Below, in pieces: positions 26,579 to 36,429 of a DNA stretch of 64,000 nt (within the stretch, counting starts at the first letter, position 1; each line of letters starts with the position of its first letter). Made by a program: the position numbers and the translations under genes. The notes under the pieces were generated by a model. It ran no database searches. It saw nothing but the letters and a program-made list of their open reading frames with translations, and was not told the DNA's origin. The DNA comes from an uncultured Fibrobacter sp. Lineage in GTDB: Bacteria > Fibrobacterota > Fibrobacteria > Fibrobacterales > Fibrobacteraceae. The DNA is taken from the NCBI GenBank assembly GCA_964587155.1, contig CAZPKF010000004.1, positions 63,752 through 127,751 on the forward strand, read 5' to 3'.

Positions 26579-28186
26579 ATGATAGTCATCATTGACAATT
26601 ACGATTCTTTCACCTACAACGTATACCAATCCATCACAAGCATTACGGACGAACCGGTCAAAGTTCTCCGTTCAAAAGAATGTTCCATCGCAGATATTGA
26701 AAATCTGCACCCCACGCATCTAATCCTTTCGCCGGGACCCGGACGGCCCGAAAACGCCGGAATCACGGTCGATGCCATCCGTCACTTCGCCGGGAAGCTC
26801 CCCATTTTGGGCATTTGCCTTGGGCATCAGGCGATTTGCTACGCCTTGGGGGCAAAAATCGTCCAAGCGAAATTCATCAAACACGGAGTCGCCGAAGAAA
26901 TGGACCTAGACGGGCGCGGACTCTTTCGGAATATCGGAAAGAAAGGAACCTTTATGCGTTATCACAGTCTTGTCGTCGACGAAAAAACACTCCCTGCGGA
27001 ACTCGAAATTTCCGCCCGCGCAAAAGACGGCGATGTGATGGGAGTCCGGCATAAAACATTGGACATCGAAGGCGTTCAGTTTCACCCGGAATCGATTGCA
27101 GCAAAAGACGGCGAAGCGTTTTTCCGCGCGTTCCTCACCTATCGAAGAGAAGCTTTGCCTGTCGCCCAGTTTTTGAACAAACTCATCGACAGACAGAATC
27201 TGACTCACGAAGAATCTGAATTTTTCATGGAAACACTCACCGACGGCATGTTAGACGAAAGGCAAACGGCTGCCATCCTCACCGCCTTAGCGGCCAAAGG
27301 TCCTTCCGCTTCTGAAATAGCAGGGTGCGCAGCCGTCCTTCACCGGAAAAAGACCCCGTTCCCATTCGACAAAAATGCAGACATCGCCGAAGTCGTCGGA
27401 ACAGGCGGAGACAGCAAGGGCAGTTTCAACATCAGCTCCTTTTCTGCTCTAGTTTGCGCCAGTTGCGGTTGCCTGATAGCCAAACACGGAAACCGGGCTG
27501 TTTCGAGCAAATCGGGTGCCGCGGACTTTTTTGAAAATTTGGGAATCCGGCTTTCCCTTTCCCCGGCACAAGCTGCAGAAGTCTTGAAAAAAACAGGTTT
27601 TGTTTTTCTCTTTGCACAAGTGTACCACAGCGCAATGCGATTCGCCGGGCCCGTTCGGAAAGCACTTGGAATCAAAACCATCATGAATTTGGTCGGGCCG
27701 CTGACAAACCCGGCAGAAGCCAAATTTCTGATGCTCGGCGCTTACAGCAGGGATTTGCTAAAACCGATGGCGGAAGCTGCCAAAATGCTTGGGGCAAAAC
27801 ACGTTTTGGTCGTTTCCAGTCAAGACGGCTTTGACGAAATTTCACCTAGCGTTCCCACATTTGTTTACGAAATAGACGAAGGCGGAAACGCTTATGAGTA
27901 CCTGCTGCACCCGGAAGATTTTGGCATTCCTCCCGTAAACGATTCGGAATTGGCAGGGGGAACCGGAGCAGAAAATGCGAAGACCGCATTAGAATTGGCC
28001 CACGGCAAAGGTGCTCCGGCAATTCGCTACGCTGTCGGACTAAACGCCGGGGCGACTCTTTACGCCGCCCGCAAAGTCAAATCCATTCGCGAAGGCTTCG
28101 AAAAGGCCATTCAAGCGCTTGACGACGGTTCGGTTTTGAAAAAAATCGAAGAAGTCCAAAGAGCGACTTCTGAACTTGCCGCCTAA
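26579..28186 (+). CDS. trpGD: Bifunctional anthranilate synthase component II (glutamine amidotransferase) and anthranilate phosphoribosyltransferase
   Basis: N-terminal GATase1 (ILGICLGHQAI, QFHPES) fused to TrpD (VVGTGGDSKGSFNISS, KHGNRAVSSKSG). Confidence 0.93.
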   Translation: MIVIIDNYDSFTYNVYQSITSITDEPVKVLRSKECSIADIENLHPTHLILSPGPGRPENAGITVDAIRHFAGKLPILGICLGHQAICYALGAKIVQAKFIKHGVAEEMDLDGRGLFRNIGKKGTFMRYHSLVVDEKTLPAELEISARAKDGDVMGVRHKTLDIEGVQFHPESIAAKDGEAFFRAFLTYRREALPVAQFLNKLIDRQNLTHEESEFFMETLTDGMLDERQTAAILTALAAKGPSASEIAGCAAVLHRKKTPFPFDKNADIAEVVGTGGDSKGSFNISSFSALVCASCGCLIAKHGNRAVSSKSGAADFFENLGIRLSLSPAQAAEVLKKTGFVFLFAQVYHSAMRFAGPVRKALGIKTIMNLVGPLTNPAEAKFLMLGAYSRDLLKPMAEAAKMLGAKHVLVVSSQDGFDEISPSVPTFVYEIDEGGNAYEYLLHPEDFGIPPVNDSELAGGTGAENAKTALELAHGKGAPAIRYAVGLNAGATLYAARKVKSIREGFEKAIQALDDGSVLKKIEEVQRATSELAA

Positions 28187-28224
28187 AGCGAAGCGTTTTC
28201 ATTCCATCCACTTTAACTATATTT

Positions 28225-28249
28225 AAGGGACTTTAACGTCCCTTTTTTA
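28225..28249 (+). terminator. Rho-independent terminator after trpGD
   Basis: AAGGGAC / GTCCCTT 7-bp stem, 6-nt loop, then TTTT. Confidence 0.6.
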
Positions 28250-28262
28250 TTGAACATTTCCC

Positions 28263-29234
28263 ATGAAAATCGAAGTCGGCATTATCAATTACAACGGTGG
28301 AAACGAACTCGCGGAATGTGTCCAATCCCTCGTTTCGCAATCCAAGAGCGTTTCGGTGTACGTCTTCGATAACGCTTCATCGGACGATTCCATTAGAGAA
28401 CTAAAATCCTCAGGTCTCCCGTGCACAATCCTTCAAAGCACTTCTAACCTGGGCTATGCCGGTGCCTGCAACGCTTTGCTAAACGCCATGTCTGCCGAAA
28501 TTCAAGTTCTTTGCAATATGGATTTGGAGTTTCACCCGGACTGGGCAAAAAACTTAGAAGCTTGCTTTATGCGACATCCGGAAGCCGGTTCCGTCGCCAG
28601 TCTCGTCATGGAAAAAAAAGGCGTCGTCAACGCAGTCGGCGTTCTATTTAACCCCGATCTTTTCGCTCAAAACGAAGCGAGCGGTCTCCCCCTTTCCCAA
28701 GCGGACATCCGCGAAAAAGAAGTTTTCGGCTGCTACGGAGCGGTCATGAGTTTTCGACGCGAAGCCGCACAAGCCGCAGGGAAACTGGATTCCAGCTTCT
28801 TTCTTTTTTTCGAAGAAACAGAATGGTATTTTCGTCACAACCTCGCCGGATTCAAAACAATTTTTTGCCCCGATGCGAAAGTTTTCCACGAACGCTCCCT
28901 GACAACCGTTCGATACTCTCCCCGAAAACTGTTTTATTCTGAACGCAACCGTTTACGCGCCGCCGTCCGACTGCTTCCCATTTCCGATGTATTCAAGCTC
29001 CCCATCCGCGGATTGATGCGATACGTCAGCATGGCAAAAGGCGGCGTTCCCAATCAATCCGGAGACGGAAAAAAACTTTCCAAAACAAGCATTTGCGCGG
29101 CTCTCGCCAAAGCATGGATCCAAGCTTTCATCCGGCTTCCCGCAGAAGTCGTCATCCGATTCCAATACCGGAGAAAGTTCCATTCGGTCAGCACAACCGT
29201 CAACGCGCTTGTAAAAAAATATTCCCTGAAGTAA
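28263..29234 (+). CDS. Family 2 glycosyltransferase
   Basis: N-terminus MKIEVGIINYNGGNELAECVQSL...VFDNASSDDS and a later acidic motif are typical of the GT2 (GT-A) fold. Confidence 0.85.
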   Translation: MKIEVGIINYNGGNELAECVQSLVSQSKSVSVYVFDNASSDDSIRELKSSGLPCTILQSTSNLGYAGACNALLNAMSAEIQVLCNMDLEFHPDWAKNLEACFMRHPEAGSVASLVMEKKGVVNAVGVLFNPDLFAQNEASGLPLSQADIREKEVFGCYGAVMSFRREAAQAAGKLDSSFFLFFEETEWYFRHNLAGFKTIFCPDAKVFHERSLTTVRYSPRKLFYSERNRLRAAVRLLPISDVFKLPIRGLMRYVSMAKGGVPNQSGDGKKLSKTSICAALAKAWIQAFIRLPAEVVIRFQYRRKFHSVSTTVNALVKKYSLK

Positions 29235-29266
29235 TCCGTTGGATTCCGACACTGCGCCTATTTTTA

Positions 29267-29274
29267 TATCTTTG
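29267..29274 (+). promoter_or_regulatory. Candidate -7 box TATCTTTG upstream of argH
   Basis: Exact TAnnTTTG match 27 nt upstream of the ATG at 29302. Confidence 0.35.
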
Positions 29275-29301
29275 CCTTGAAACATTTTCAAGAGGTTCCC
29301 G

Positions 29302-30723
29302 ATGGCCGGAAAAAAAGGCAAAAAAATGATGTGGGACGGCCGCTTTGACTGCGGAATGGCCCAAAGCATGATTGATCTCAGCTTCAGTTTGGATTTCGAC
29401 AAAGAGCTTTTAGAAGAAGATATCCAAGGTTCCCTGGGACACGGAATCGGTCTTGTTGAATCGGGCGTTCTCTCCAAAAGTGATTTTGCCAAAATCCGTA
29501 AAGGACTGCAAAGTATTTTAGATGATATCCACGCCGGAAAAAACCTTTGGCTTCCGACTGATGAAGACGTCCACATGGCCGTAGAACGGGTTCTCACCGA
29601 CCGAATTGGCGATTTGGGAAAAAAGATCCATACCGGCAGAAGCCGCAATGACCAGGTTTCAACGGATTTCAAACTGTATATGCGGCACCGCGCGGCAGAA
29701 ATCCGAAGCCTTCTCGTCGAACTGCAAAAGACCGTTTTCGATGTGGCCAAGACTCATTTTGGGAAATTGATGCCGGGCTACACACATTTGCAGCAAGCGC
29801 AGCCGATTCTCTTCAGCCATTACCTGATGAGCCTCTTTTTTGCGCTCAACCGCGACGTTTGCCGCATCGACAACTTTTTGAATTTGCACGTTGAACTTCC
29901 CTTGGGCAGCGGTGCCATGGCCGGATCCGCATTCCCTTACCACAGAAATCTCGTCGCCAAAGAATTGGGATTCGAACGTCCCAGTGCAAACAGCATCGAT
30001 GCCGTTTCTCACCGGGATATGGCACTTGAATTTTTGAGCGATTTATCCATTATCGCAAACACCCTCAGCCGTTACGCCGAAGATTTTGTCATCTGGAGTT
30101 CTTCGGAATTCGGCTACCTCACCCTTTCCGATGCATTTTCCAGCGGATCATCCATGATGCCGCAGAAAAAAAATCCCGATTCAATGGAACTCATCCGTGG
30201 AAAATCGGGGCGGATGCTCGGAAATTTTGCCGCCATGTTCACCTTGGTGAAGGGTGCTCCGCTTTCGTACAGTCGGGACTTGCAAGAAGACAAGCAGCCC
30301 GTTTTCGACAGCGCAAAAACAGTCAAAGTTCTCTTGCGCGTAATGCGTGAAGCCATCGCCTCTGCCCATTGGAATTTTGACAAAATGGAAAGCCGGATGC
30401 TCCCCGCCCTTTTGGCCACGGATTTGGCAGATATCCTTGTCGAAGACGGCGTTCCCTTCCGCGATGCGCACCGCATCGTGGGAAGCCTTGTGGGAGAAGC
30501 GGCAAAACGCGACGAACAGTTTACTGACCTTTCCGATGAAGAATGGGAAAAGAAAGGCGTTCCCAATCCGAAATCCGTGAAATCCCGTTTGACTTTCGCT
30601 TATTCCGTTTCACGCCGCAACATTGAAGGGGGAACGGGACCGGATTCCGTCAAAGCCCAATTCAAAAAAGCAGAAAAAATTCTCAAAAAAGAAGCGGGCG
30701 CAAAATCTCCGCGGCACGTCTGA
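29302..30723 (+). CDS. argH: Argininosuccinate lyase
   Basis: MWDGRF start region, HTGRSRNDQV, the fumarate-lyase signature GSSMMPQKKNPD, and EDKQ. The start could instead be the ATG at 29326. Confidence 0.93.
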   Translation: MAGKKGKKMMWDGRFDCGMAQSMIDLSFSLDFDKELLEEDIQGSLGHGIGLVESGVLSKSDFAKIRKGLQSILDDIHAGKNLWLPTDEDVHMAVERVLTDRIGDLGKKIHTGRSRNDQVSTDFKLYMRHRAAEIRSLLVELQKTVFDVAKTHFGKLMPGYTHLQQAQPILFSHYLMSLFFALNRDVCRIDNFLNLHVELPLGSGAMAGSAFPYHRNLVAKELGFERPSANSIDAVSHRDMALEFLSDLSIIANTLSRYAEDFVIWSSSEFGYLTLSDAFSSGSSMMPQKKNPDSMELIRGKSGRMLGNFAAMFTLVKGAPLSYSRDLQEDKQPVFDSAKTVKVLLRVMREAIASAHWNFDKMESRMLPALLATDLADILVEDGVPFRDAHRIVGSLVGEAAKRDEQFTDLSDEEWEKKGVPNPKSVKSRLTFAYSVSRRNIEGGTGPDSVKAQFKKAEKILKKEAGAKSPRHV

Positions 30724-30747
30724 CTTTAAATAAATTTCCTCATTGCA

Positions 30748-30769
30748 AGCGGCCTCGAGCCGCTTTTTC
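30748..30769. terminator. Terminator hairpin between convergent argH and nadK
   Basis: GCGGC ctcga GCCGC followed by TTTTT on the plus strand. Confidence 0.6.
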
Positions 30770-30786
30770 TATCAACAGAAACCGAT

Positions 30787-31683
30787 TTAAACGGGAGAAT
30801 CCTTGACGACCATTTTGGGCTTTCCCGTCCATCCCAATTTTCCGCGCAACGCGTCGACGAATCCGGAATTTTTCATCCGGATGAAAGTGGTCACATCCTT
30901 GCTTTTCGAAAGGACTAACGAATATTCCGCATTGAGCTCTCTGGTGACACGACCGTCAAAAACCAAATCCAAGGAGCTGTTTACCGCCGAAGTCACACGG
31001 CACACAGCATCTGCCGGGACAATCAACGGACGAACCGAAAGGCTGCTCGGAGCGACAGGCGTCAGCACGAAAGCTTCTGTCGAAGGATAAATGATGGGAC
31101 CGCCAGCCGCCAAATTATAAGCAGTCGATCCCGTCGGCGTAGAAATCAGCAAAGAATCCGCCCAGTATTCCGTCAACGGGCGCCCCTTGTATTCCACATC
31201 CACATCCACCATTCTCTCCGGGGCGTGCGCGCGGACATGGACTTCGTTCAAAACAGTTTCTTTGGCAATCAATTTTTTGCCATGATAAATTTTGGCATCC
31301 ATCATCATGCGTTCCCGCGTTGTAAAATCCCCTGAAAACAGGGCTTCTAGCGCAGCGGGCAAACTTTCGACAGGCGTTTCCGTTAAAAAACCGACACGCC
31401 CCGCATTAACGCCCAAAATTGGAATATGCAACCCCAACGCCAATCGGGCTGAACTCAAAAAAGTACCATCACCACCGATGGCTATCAGCAAATCGCACTT
31501 TCGAAGCTGCCGGTTTGAAACGACTCGAATGCCCCGCGCCGCAATGGCTGCGAGCGGTTCCGCCGCATAAAACGAAACATCCTTTCGACGCGCAGCAAAT
31601 TCGGAAATCATTTCCAACGCCCGGAAAAGTTCCGGACTATTCCCTTTGAATCCAACAATACCGATTTTTGAAAAGTGCGTCAT
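30787..31683 (-). CDS. nadK: NAD kinase
   Basis: IAIGGDGTFL motif, the NE..V region, and STPTGSTAYNLAAGGPI. Confidence 0.9.
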   Translation of the reverse strand: MTHFSKIGIVGFKGNSPELFRALEMISEFAARRKDVSFYAAEPLAAIAARGIRVVSNRQLRKCDLLIAIGGDGTFLSSARLALGLHIPILGVNAGRVGFLTETPVESLPAALEALFSGDFTTRERMMMDAKIYHGKKLIAKETVLNEVHVRAHAPERMVDVDVEYKGRPLTEYWADSLLISTPTGSTAYNLAAGGPIIYPSTEAFVLTPVAPSSLSVRPLIVPADAVCRVTSAVNSSLDLVFDGRVTRELNAEYSLVLSKSKDVTTFIRMKNSGFVDALRGKLGWTGKPKMVVKDSPV

Positions 31684-33011
31684 TTTGTCAACTCTTTTAA
31701 CTGTTCCGAAATTCCGGGAAACTCCTGTTCCATTTGAGTCGCATTTTCAATTTTCGACTCTCCTTGGGAAAATAAAGATAAAACGGTGAACATCAATTCC
31801 AACACAGGATCATTTCCCGCATCAAAATTTCCCGCATCGAGTTCTTCGCGTCCGCGGACGACAAGGCCTTCTTCATAAACGCCGATAGACGCTCCCGTTT
31901 GCTTTAAATTCCGAGCCAGTTCCTCGCAACGCGGGCGAAGTTCTAACGCAAGACTGTCGGGAATCCGAAGAATACTCTCGCCATCCGCCGTACAGGCGGC
32001 AAGCGCAAGGAACGGATACTCTTCAATACACGTGCACAGAATGTCGTCGCCAAGTCGCCTGGCCGAAAGGCGTTTTTCATACGTTGAATAAAGATTCGCA
32101 TAAGCGGAACCATAACGTTCGTGCCTAGTGCCAAATTCGATCTTTGCCCCCATGCGGCGGAGTGCGGAAAAGACTCCCGAACGGTCCGATGCAATCAGCA
32201 CATTTTTGAGCTCCACCTTTTTCCCTTTGAACACCGGCGATAGCGTTGAAAGGGCTGCAAAAGCTACAGCTTCTGTCGGATCACTGGGAACAAAGTAATC
32301 CCGGCTAGTCAAAACTTTCGTTTCGGAAAGAACCGTTTTCACGCGGCGTTCCGACTTGATGCCTCGCGCCTTGGCGATTCGCCGCTCCAGTTCGCTCATC
32401 TCCTGCATTCCCGTAATTTGCACCTGGATTTGCGCCCCGAAATAAGAGAGCATTTCAACAAATCCAGAACGGATGGGAGTTCGCTCTTCGCATTCCACAT
32501 TTTTCCCGCAAAGAAGTGCATTCAACAAAACGGCATTCTTCGCCAGATAAGGAATTTGACCTTCGCGGGTCTCCTTCAACATGGGGAGCGTTTTTGCAAA
32601 CTGGAATGTGATGGTTTGGGGTGCCGTTTCCGAAACCTTTTCAATTTTCGCCCCAAATATTCCGGTCAAAAAATTCTTCGCCCGATGAATCTGTTTCGCC
32701 GACCCTGTCGCCGTGAAAATCGTTTCGTCATCCTTCGAAGCCAATCCGAGCAAAAGAATCATGGCGTTGTCACTTTCCGGAAGATGAAGCAACGTTGGCA
32801 GCCGATACGAAAACCCTGTTCCCGTCAAAACAACGCCCGCACTTCTCTCTTCAACAACCAAGCCGAATTCTTGGAGGATTTCTGCAAATTGACGGCTGCG
32901 TTTCGTCCAAGTGAATTTGTCTAACGTTGTCCGGCCTGTCACCAAAAGTCCCAAGGCAAGGACGTCTTCCGAAAGTTCCCGATCCGGATGCAATATGATT
33001 TCTTCCATCAA
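31680..33011 (-). CDS. EPSP synthase (AroA)-fold protein, highly divergent
   Basis: Length (443 aa) and overall collinearity with AroA, within an aromatic amino-acid operon. Canonical motifs appear substituted (see findings). 4-nt overlaps with both neighbours. Confidence 0.7.
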   Translation of the reverse strand: MMEEIILHPDRELSEDVLALGLLVTGRTTLDKFTWTKRSRQFAEILQEFGLVVEERSAGVVLTGTGFSYRLPTLLHLPESDNAMILLLGLASKDDETIFTATGSAKQIHRAKNFLTGIFGAKIEKVSETAPQTITFQFAKTLPMLKETREGQIPYLAKNAVLLNALLCGKNVECEERTPIRSGFVEMLSYFGAQIQVQITGMQEMSELERRIAKARGIKSERRVKTVLSETKVLTSRDYFVPSDPTEAVAFAALSTLSPVFKGKKVELKNVLIASDRSGVFSALRRMGAKIEFGTRHERYGSAYANLYSTYEKRLSARRLGDDILCTCIEEYPFLALAACTADGESILRIPDSLALELRPRCEELARNLKQTGASIGVYEEGLVVRGREELDAGNFDAGNDPVLELMFTVLSLFSQGESKIENATQMEQEFPGISEQLKELTK

Positions 33012-34117
33012 CGCTCCGTTACTTCAAAATTCAGTTTGCGCAACAATTCCCGGGCAAACTCAGCCTGAGCTTCTGTTTTAAAAGCAATCAAAAGCGTCCC
33101 GGCAATATTTTCGCGGACTTTCATCAATTCGATATCGCGCACATTGAGCTTTGCTCTGGCCAACGGTTCTAAAACAGAAAGAATCGTTCCCGGTTCATCT
33201 TTTAATTGCACTGTCAACTGGAAAAAGCTGTTCCCCGCATTTTTTCCCGGTGCAAAAAGAGAAGTTCGACCGGAATTACCCTGGAGGAAAATTTCATGGA
33301 GTGATGTTTCGTCGGGAATTTTTTCAATCGCATCTCGGGTTCTTTTCAAGGCATCAAGATATTCATCCATCGCATGGAGAATTTCCGTTTTATTCGTTTC
33401 CGCAATATCTTTCCACATAGCCCAACTAGATGCAGCGATGCGCGTCATATCGCGGAACGCTCTACCGGCAAACTGTTGGTATCCGCGGTCCAAAAGCCTT
33501 TCCGGAATTCCGGCAGCCAAACTCGTACTGGCCATTTGCGGCATGTGACTGACCCAGGCCACAGTCCCGTCATGATGTTCCGGTGGGAAAACGATTTCTG
33601 TCGCCCCTAAAAACGCAATCAGTTCCGACAAAAAACGATAATTTTCTTTTGGGGAACCTTCTTGTGGACAAACGAACCAATAAGCATTTTCAAAAATAGA
33701 CGGATCGCTGTATTCGAGAGAATGCTTTTCGGAACCGGCCATCGGATGACTTCCCACGAAATGGAACGGCGGTTTGAGCAAAGCTCCTGCCCGGCAGATT
33801 TCAGCTTTGGTGCTGCCGATATCCGAAACAAAAACCGGTTTCGATGGAGAAATCAGAGAAAGTTTTTGCAATGTCGAAAGGATGACCGAAATAGGCGTAC
33901 AAAGTAAAATGAAGTCCGAGCCATCGACCCAACTTTCCACGTCGTCATAGCCAAATAGTTCGTCCGCTAGATTCAATTCCTTGGCGCGGGCAAGCGTTTT
34001 CGGCGAACTTACCGCCCGCACAATGATGTTAGCACCGGACTGTTTCAAAGCGGCCGCAATAGAACTGGCCAAAAGTCCAAAGCCGACTAATGTAATGCGC
34101 CGAAATGAAAAATTCAC
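33008..34117 (-). CDS. tyrA: Prephenate dehydrogenase with C-terminal ACT domain
   Basis: ITLVGFGLLASSIA Rossmann motif, GSTK, FVGSHPMAGSE, and a C-terminal ACT-like segment (QLTVQLKDEPGTILSVLEPLA). Confidence 0.88.
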   Translation of the reverse strand: MNFSFRRITLVGFGLLASSIAAALKQSGANIIVRAVSSPKTLARAKELNLADELFGYDDVESWVDGSDFILLCTPISVILSTLQKLSLISPSKPVFVSDIGSTKAEICRAGALLKPPFHFVGSHPMAGSEKHSLEYSDPSIFENAYWFVCPQEGSPKENYRFLSELIAFLGATEIVFPPEHHDGTVAWVSHMPQMASTSLAAGIPERLLDRGYQQFAGRAFRDMTRIAASSWAMWKDIAETNKTEILHAMDEYLDALKRTRDAIEKIPDETSLHEIFLQGNSGRTSLFAPGKNAGNSFFQLTVQLKDEPGTILSVLEPLARAKLNVRDIELMKVRENIAGTLLIAFKTEAQAEFARELLRKLNFEVTER

Positions 34118-34377
34118 TTCTCCACCTTCCTCGTTTCCGACATGATCGTTTGAAAGATGTTTTGCATGGATTCGGGCGAAAGAGGCCCACCGAAAGCGTC
34201 TGCTTTTTTCGCTACGCGGTCAAGGATTTCCTTTTCGCGGGCAACATCCAACACGGGAATGCCATTCGCTTTCTTGATTTTACCGATTTCCGTTGCGTAT
34301 TCCGCGCGTTTGTTCAGCAATTCAACAATCACGCTTTCGAGTTCGTCGATTCTCGTTCTCCAATTTTCAATATCCAT
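34114..34377 (-). CDS. Chorismate mutase, AroQ class
   Basis: 87 aa: WRTRIDELESVIVELLNKRAEYATEIGKIK...VLDVAREKEILDRV is the typical AroQ helical pattern. Confidence 0.88.
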   Translation of the reverse strand: MDIENWRTRIDELESVIVELLNKRAEYATEIGKIKKANGIPVLDVAREKEILDRVAKKADAFGGPLSPESMQNIFQTIMSETRKVEK

Positions 34378-34403
34378 ACTGGGAAAGTTAATATATTTTG
34401 GGC

Positions 34404-35489
34404 ATGAAAATTGCAGTCGGACTTTCCGGCGGCGTCGATTCTACGATGGCCGCTTATCTTTTGAAAAAACAGGGACACACTGTCGTTGGAGTCACCATGG
34501 CCCTTTGGGACGGCTCCATTCCCATTCCCGACCGCGGACAAAGCGGCTGCTTTGGTCCCGGAGAAACGCGCGAACTGGCGGAAACGGAAAAAATTGCAAA
34601 CCGCCTCGGCATTGATTACGAAGTAATTCCTTTGGCCGAACAATACAAAAAAAACGTTTTGGAATATTTCCGTTCGGAATACAAAGCAGGCAGGACTCCG
34701 AATCCATGTGCCAAATGCAATCAAAAAATGAAATTCGGATTTTTAGTTGACAGTGCGCACAAATTGCTCGATTTCGACATGTTCGCCACAGGGCATTACG
34801 CCAGAATTTCTGATAGTGGAAAACTTTTGCGCAAAGCCCTTGACCCGACAAAAGACCAAACCTACTTTCTTTCTAGACTCAATCCCTCTCAACTTTCCCG
34901 AGTCATGTTCCCACTAGGAGAACTCACCAAAAAAGAAGTCAAGGCGTTAGCCGCCGAATCCGGATTCGAAGATTTGGCGAAAAAGCCCGAAAGTCAGGAT
35001 TTTATCGAATGCGAAGATTATTCCGTCCTCTTCGACAAAAACGACATCCGGCCCGGTGAATTTGTCGATATGGCTGGAAACGTTTTAGGCCATCACGAAG
35101 GAATCGTTTATTACACGATTGGACAACGCAAAGGTCTTGGCATCGGCGGACTAAAGGAACCTCTGTTCGTCGTCAAAATCGATCCGCACAAGAACCGCGT
35201 TGTCCTAGGAACCAAAGCGGAACTGTATTCCAAATCTCTCAAGGCGCACGACCTCAACCGTCTCTTGCTCGGAGAAAACGAAAACACAGGGCGTGCCATG
35301 GTGAAAATCCGCCACGGGAAAAACTTGGCTGAAGCCTCTTTCCGCATCGACGGTGACGATTTGATCGTCTCGTTTGATGAGCCGCAAATGTCTGTCACTC
35401 CGGGGCAAATCGTCGTTTTGTACCGCGATGACGCCGTTTTGGCAAGCGGCATCATCGATGAACATTTCAACGAGGATTTGCTACAATGA
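34404..35489 (+). CDS. mnmA: tRNA-specific 2-thiouridylase
   Basis: PP-loop MKIAVGLSGGVDSTMAAYLLK, NPCAKCN, and ATGHYAR. ATG at 34404 preferred over the ORF-track TTG at 34398. Confidence 0.93.
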   Translation: MKIAVGLSGGVDSTMAAYLLKKQGHTVVGVTMALWDGSIPIPDRGQSGCFGPGETRELAETEKIANRLGIDYEVIPLAEQYKKNVLEYFRSEYKAGRTPNPCAKCNQKMKFGFLVDSAHKLLDFDMFATGHYARISDSGKLLRKALDPTKDQTYFLSRLNPSQLSRVMFPLGELTKKEVKALAAESGFEDLAKKPESQDFIECEDYSVLFDKNDIRPGEFVDMAGNVLGHHEGIVYYTIGQRKGLGIGGLKEPLFVVKIDPHKNRVVLGTKAELYSKSLKAHDLNRLLLGENENTGRAMVKIRHGKNLAEASFRIDGDDLIVSFDEPQMSVTPGQIVVLYRDDAVLASGIIDEHFNEDLLQ

Positions 35490-36304
35490 TTGAATTCACC
35501 AAAATGCAAGGGGCTGGAAACGACTACGTTTACATCGACAACCGGAACGGAATCGTTCAACATCCCGAAACTCTTGCTCCAAAAATTTCCGACAGGCACT
35601 TCGGCATCGGTTCCGATGGACTTGTCCTCATCGAAAATTCTCAAAAGGCAGACGTGCGGATGCGCATGTTCAACCCAGACGGCAGCGAAGCGGAAATGTG
35701 CGGCAACGCCAGCCGCTGTGTCGCCCGATTCGCATGGGAACGTTTTTTTCAAAAAGAGCGCCATTCTTTTGATTTAGAAACGGGCGCAGGAATCAAACAC
35801 ATCCTCATCCACTCTGGCAAATCAGGTTTTGAAAGTGCGACAGTCGACATGGGTGTTCCCATTCTTAATCCTGCACAGATTCCTGTCACCGCAAGCAGCA
35901 ACCGGATTCAGCTCGATGGGCGAGCCTTTACTTGCGTTTCCATGGGAAATCCCCATGCGGTCACTTTTGTCGATAAAGTCCAAAACGCTCCCGTCCTCAC
36001 CAAAGGGCCTGAATACGAATTGGCCGCCGTTTTTCCGCGCAAATCGAACATTGAATTTGTCGAAATCATCGACCGCAAAACAGCCAAAATGCGCGTTTGG
36101 GAACGGGGAACCGGAGAAACTCTAGCCTGCGGCACAGGCGCTTGCGCAACCCTTGTCGCCTGCGTTTTAAACGACAAGACCGACAGGGAAATCGCTTTGC
36201 AATTGCTCGGCGGGACACTCCAAATAGAATGGAGAAATTGCGATTCTCACGTTTTGATGACAGGTCCCGCGGAATTTGTTTTCGATGGAACTTACAAAGA
36301 CTGA
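35486..36304 (+). CDS. dapF: Diaminopimelate epimerase
   Basis: FTKMQGAGNDYVYID, and the two catalytic Cys contexts MCGNASRC and ACGTGACA. ATGA overlap with mnmA. Confidence 0.93.
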   Translation: MIEFTKMQGAGNDYVYIDNRNGIVQHPETLAPKISDRHFGIGSDGLVLIENSQKADVRMRMFNPDGSEAEMCGNASRCVARFAWERFFQKERHSFDLETGAGIKHILIHSGKSGFESATVDMGVPILNPAQIPVTASSNRIQLDGRAFTCVSMGNPHAVTFVDKVQNAPVLTKGPEYELAAVFPRKSNIEFVEIIDRKTAKMRVWERGTGETLACGTGACATLVACVLNDKTDREIALQLLGGTLQIEWRNCDSHVLMTGPAEFVFDGTYKD

Positions 36305-36429
36305 ACTCTTGTTGTCCTCCATCACAAAGAGAACGCAAAAAGAACGGAAAACACTTCGTAAACGGGTTTTTACGCAAGGTTTTTCTGTAAAAGAATAAAT
36401 TGCCTACAGAATATTCTCTTGAGGCAAAA

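Noticed and set aside
36408-36417. 10-nt perfect palindrome AGAATATTCT, 13 nt upstream of the GH8 start.
   Set aside because: It is short and AT-rich, so chance occurrence is likely, and there is no second copy in the window.
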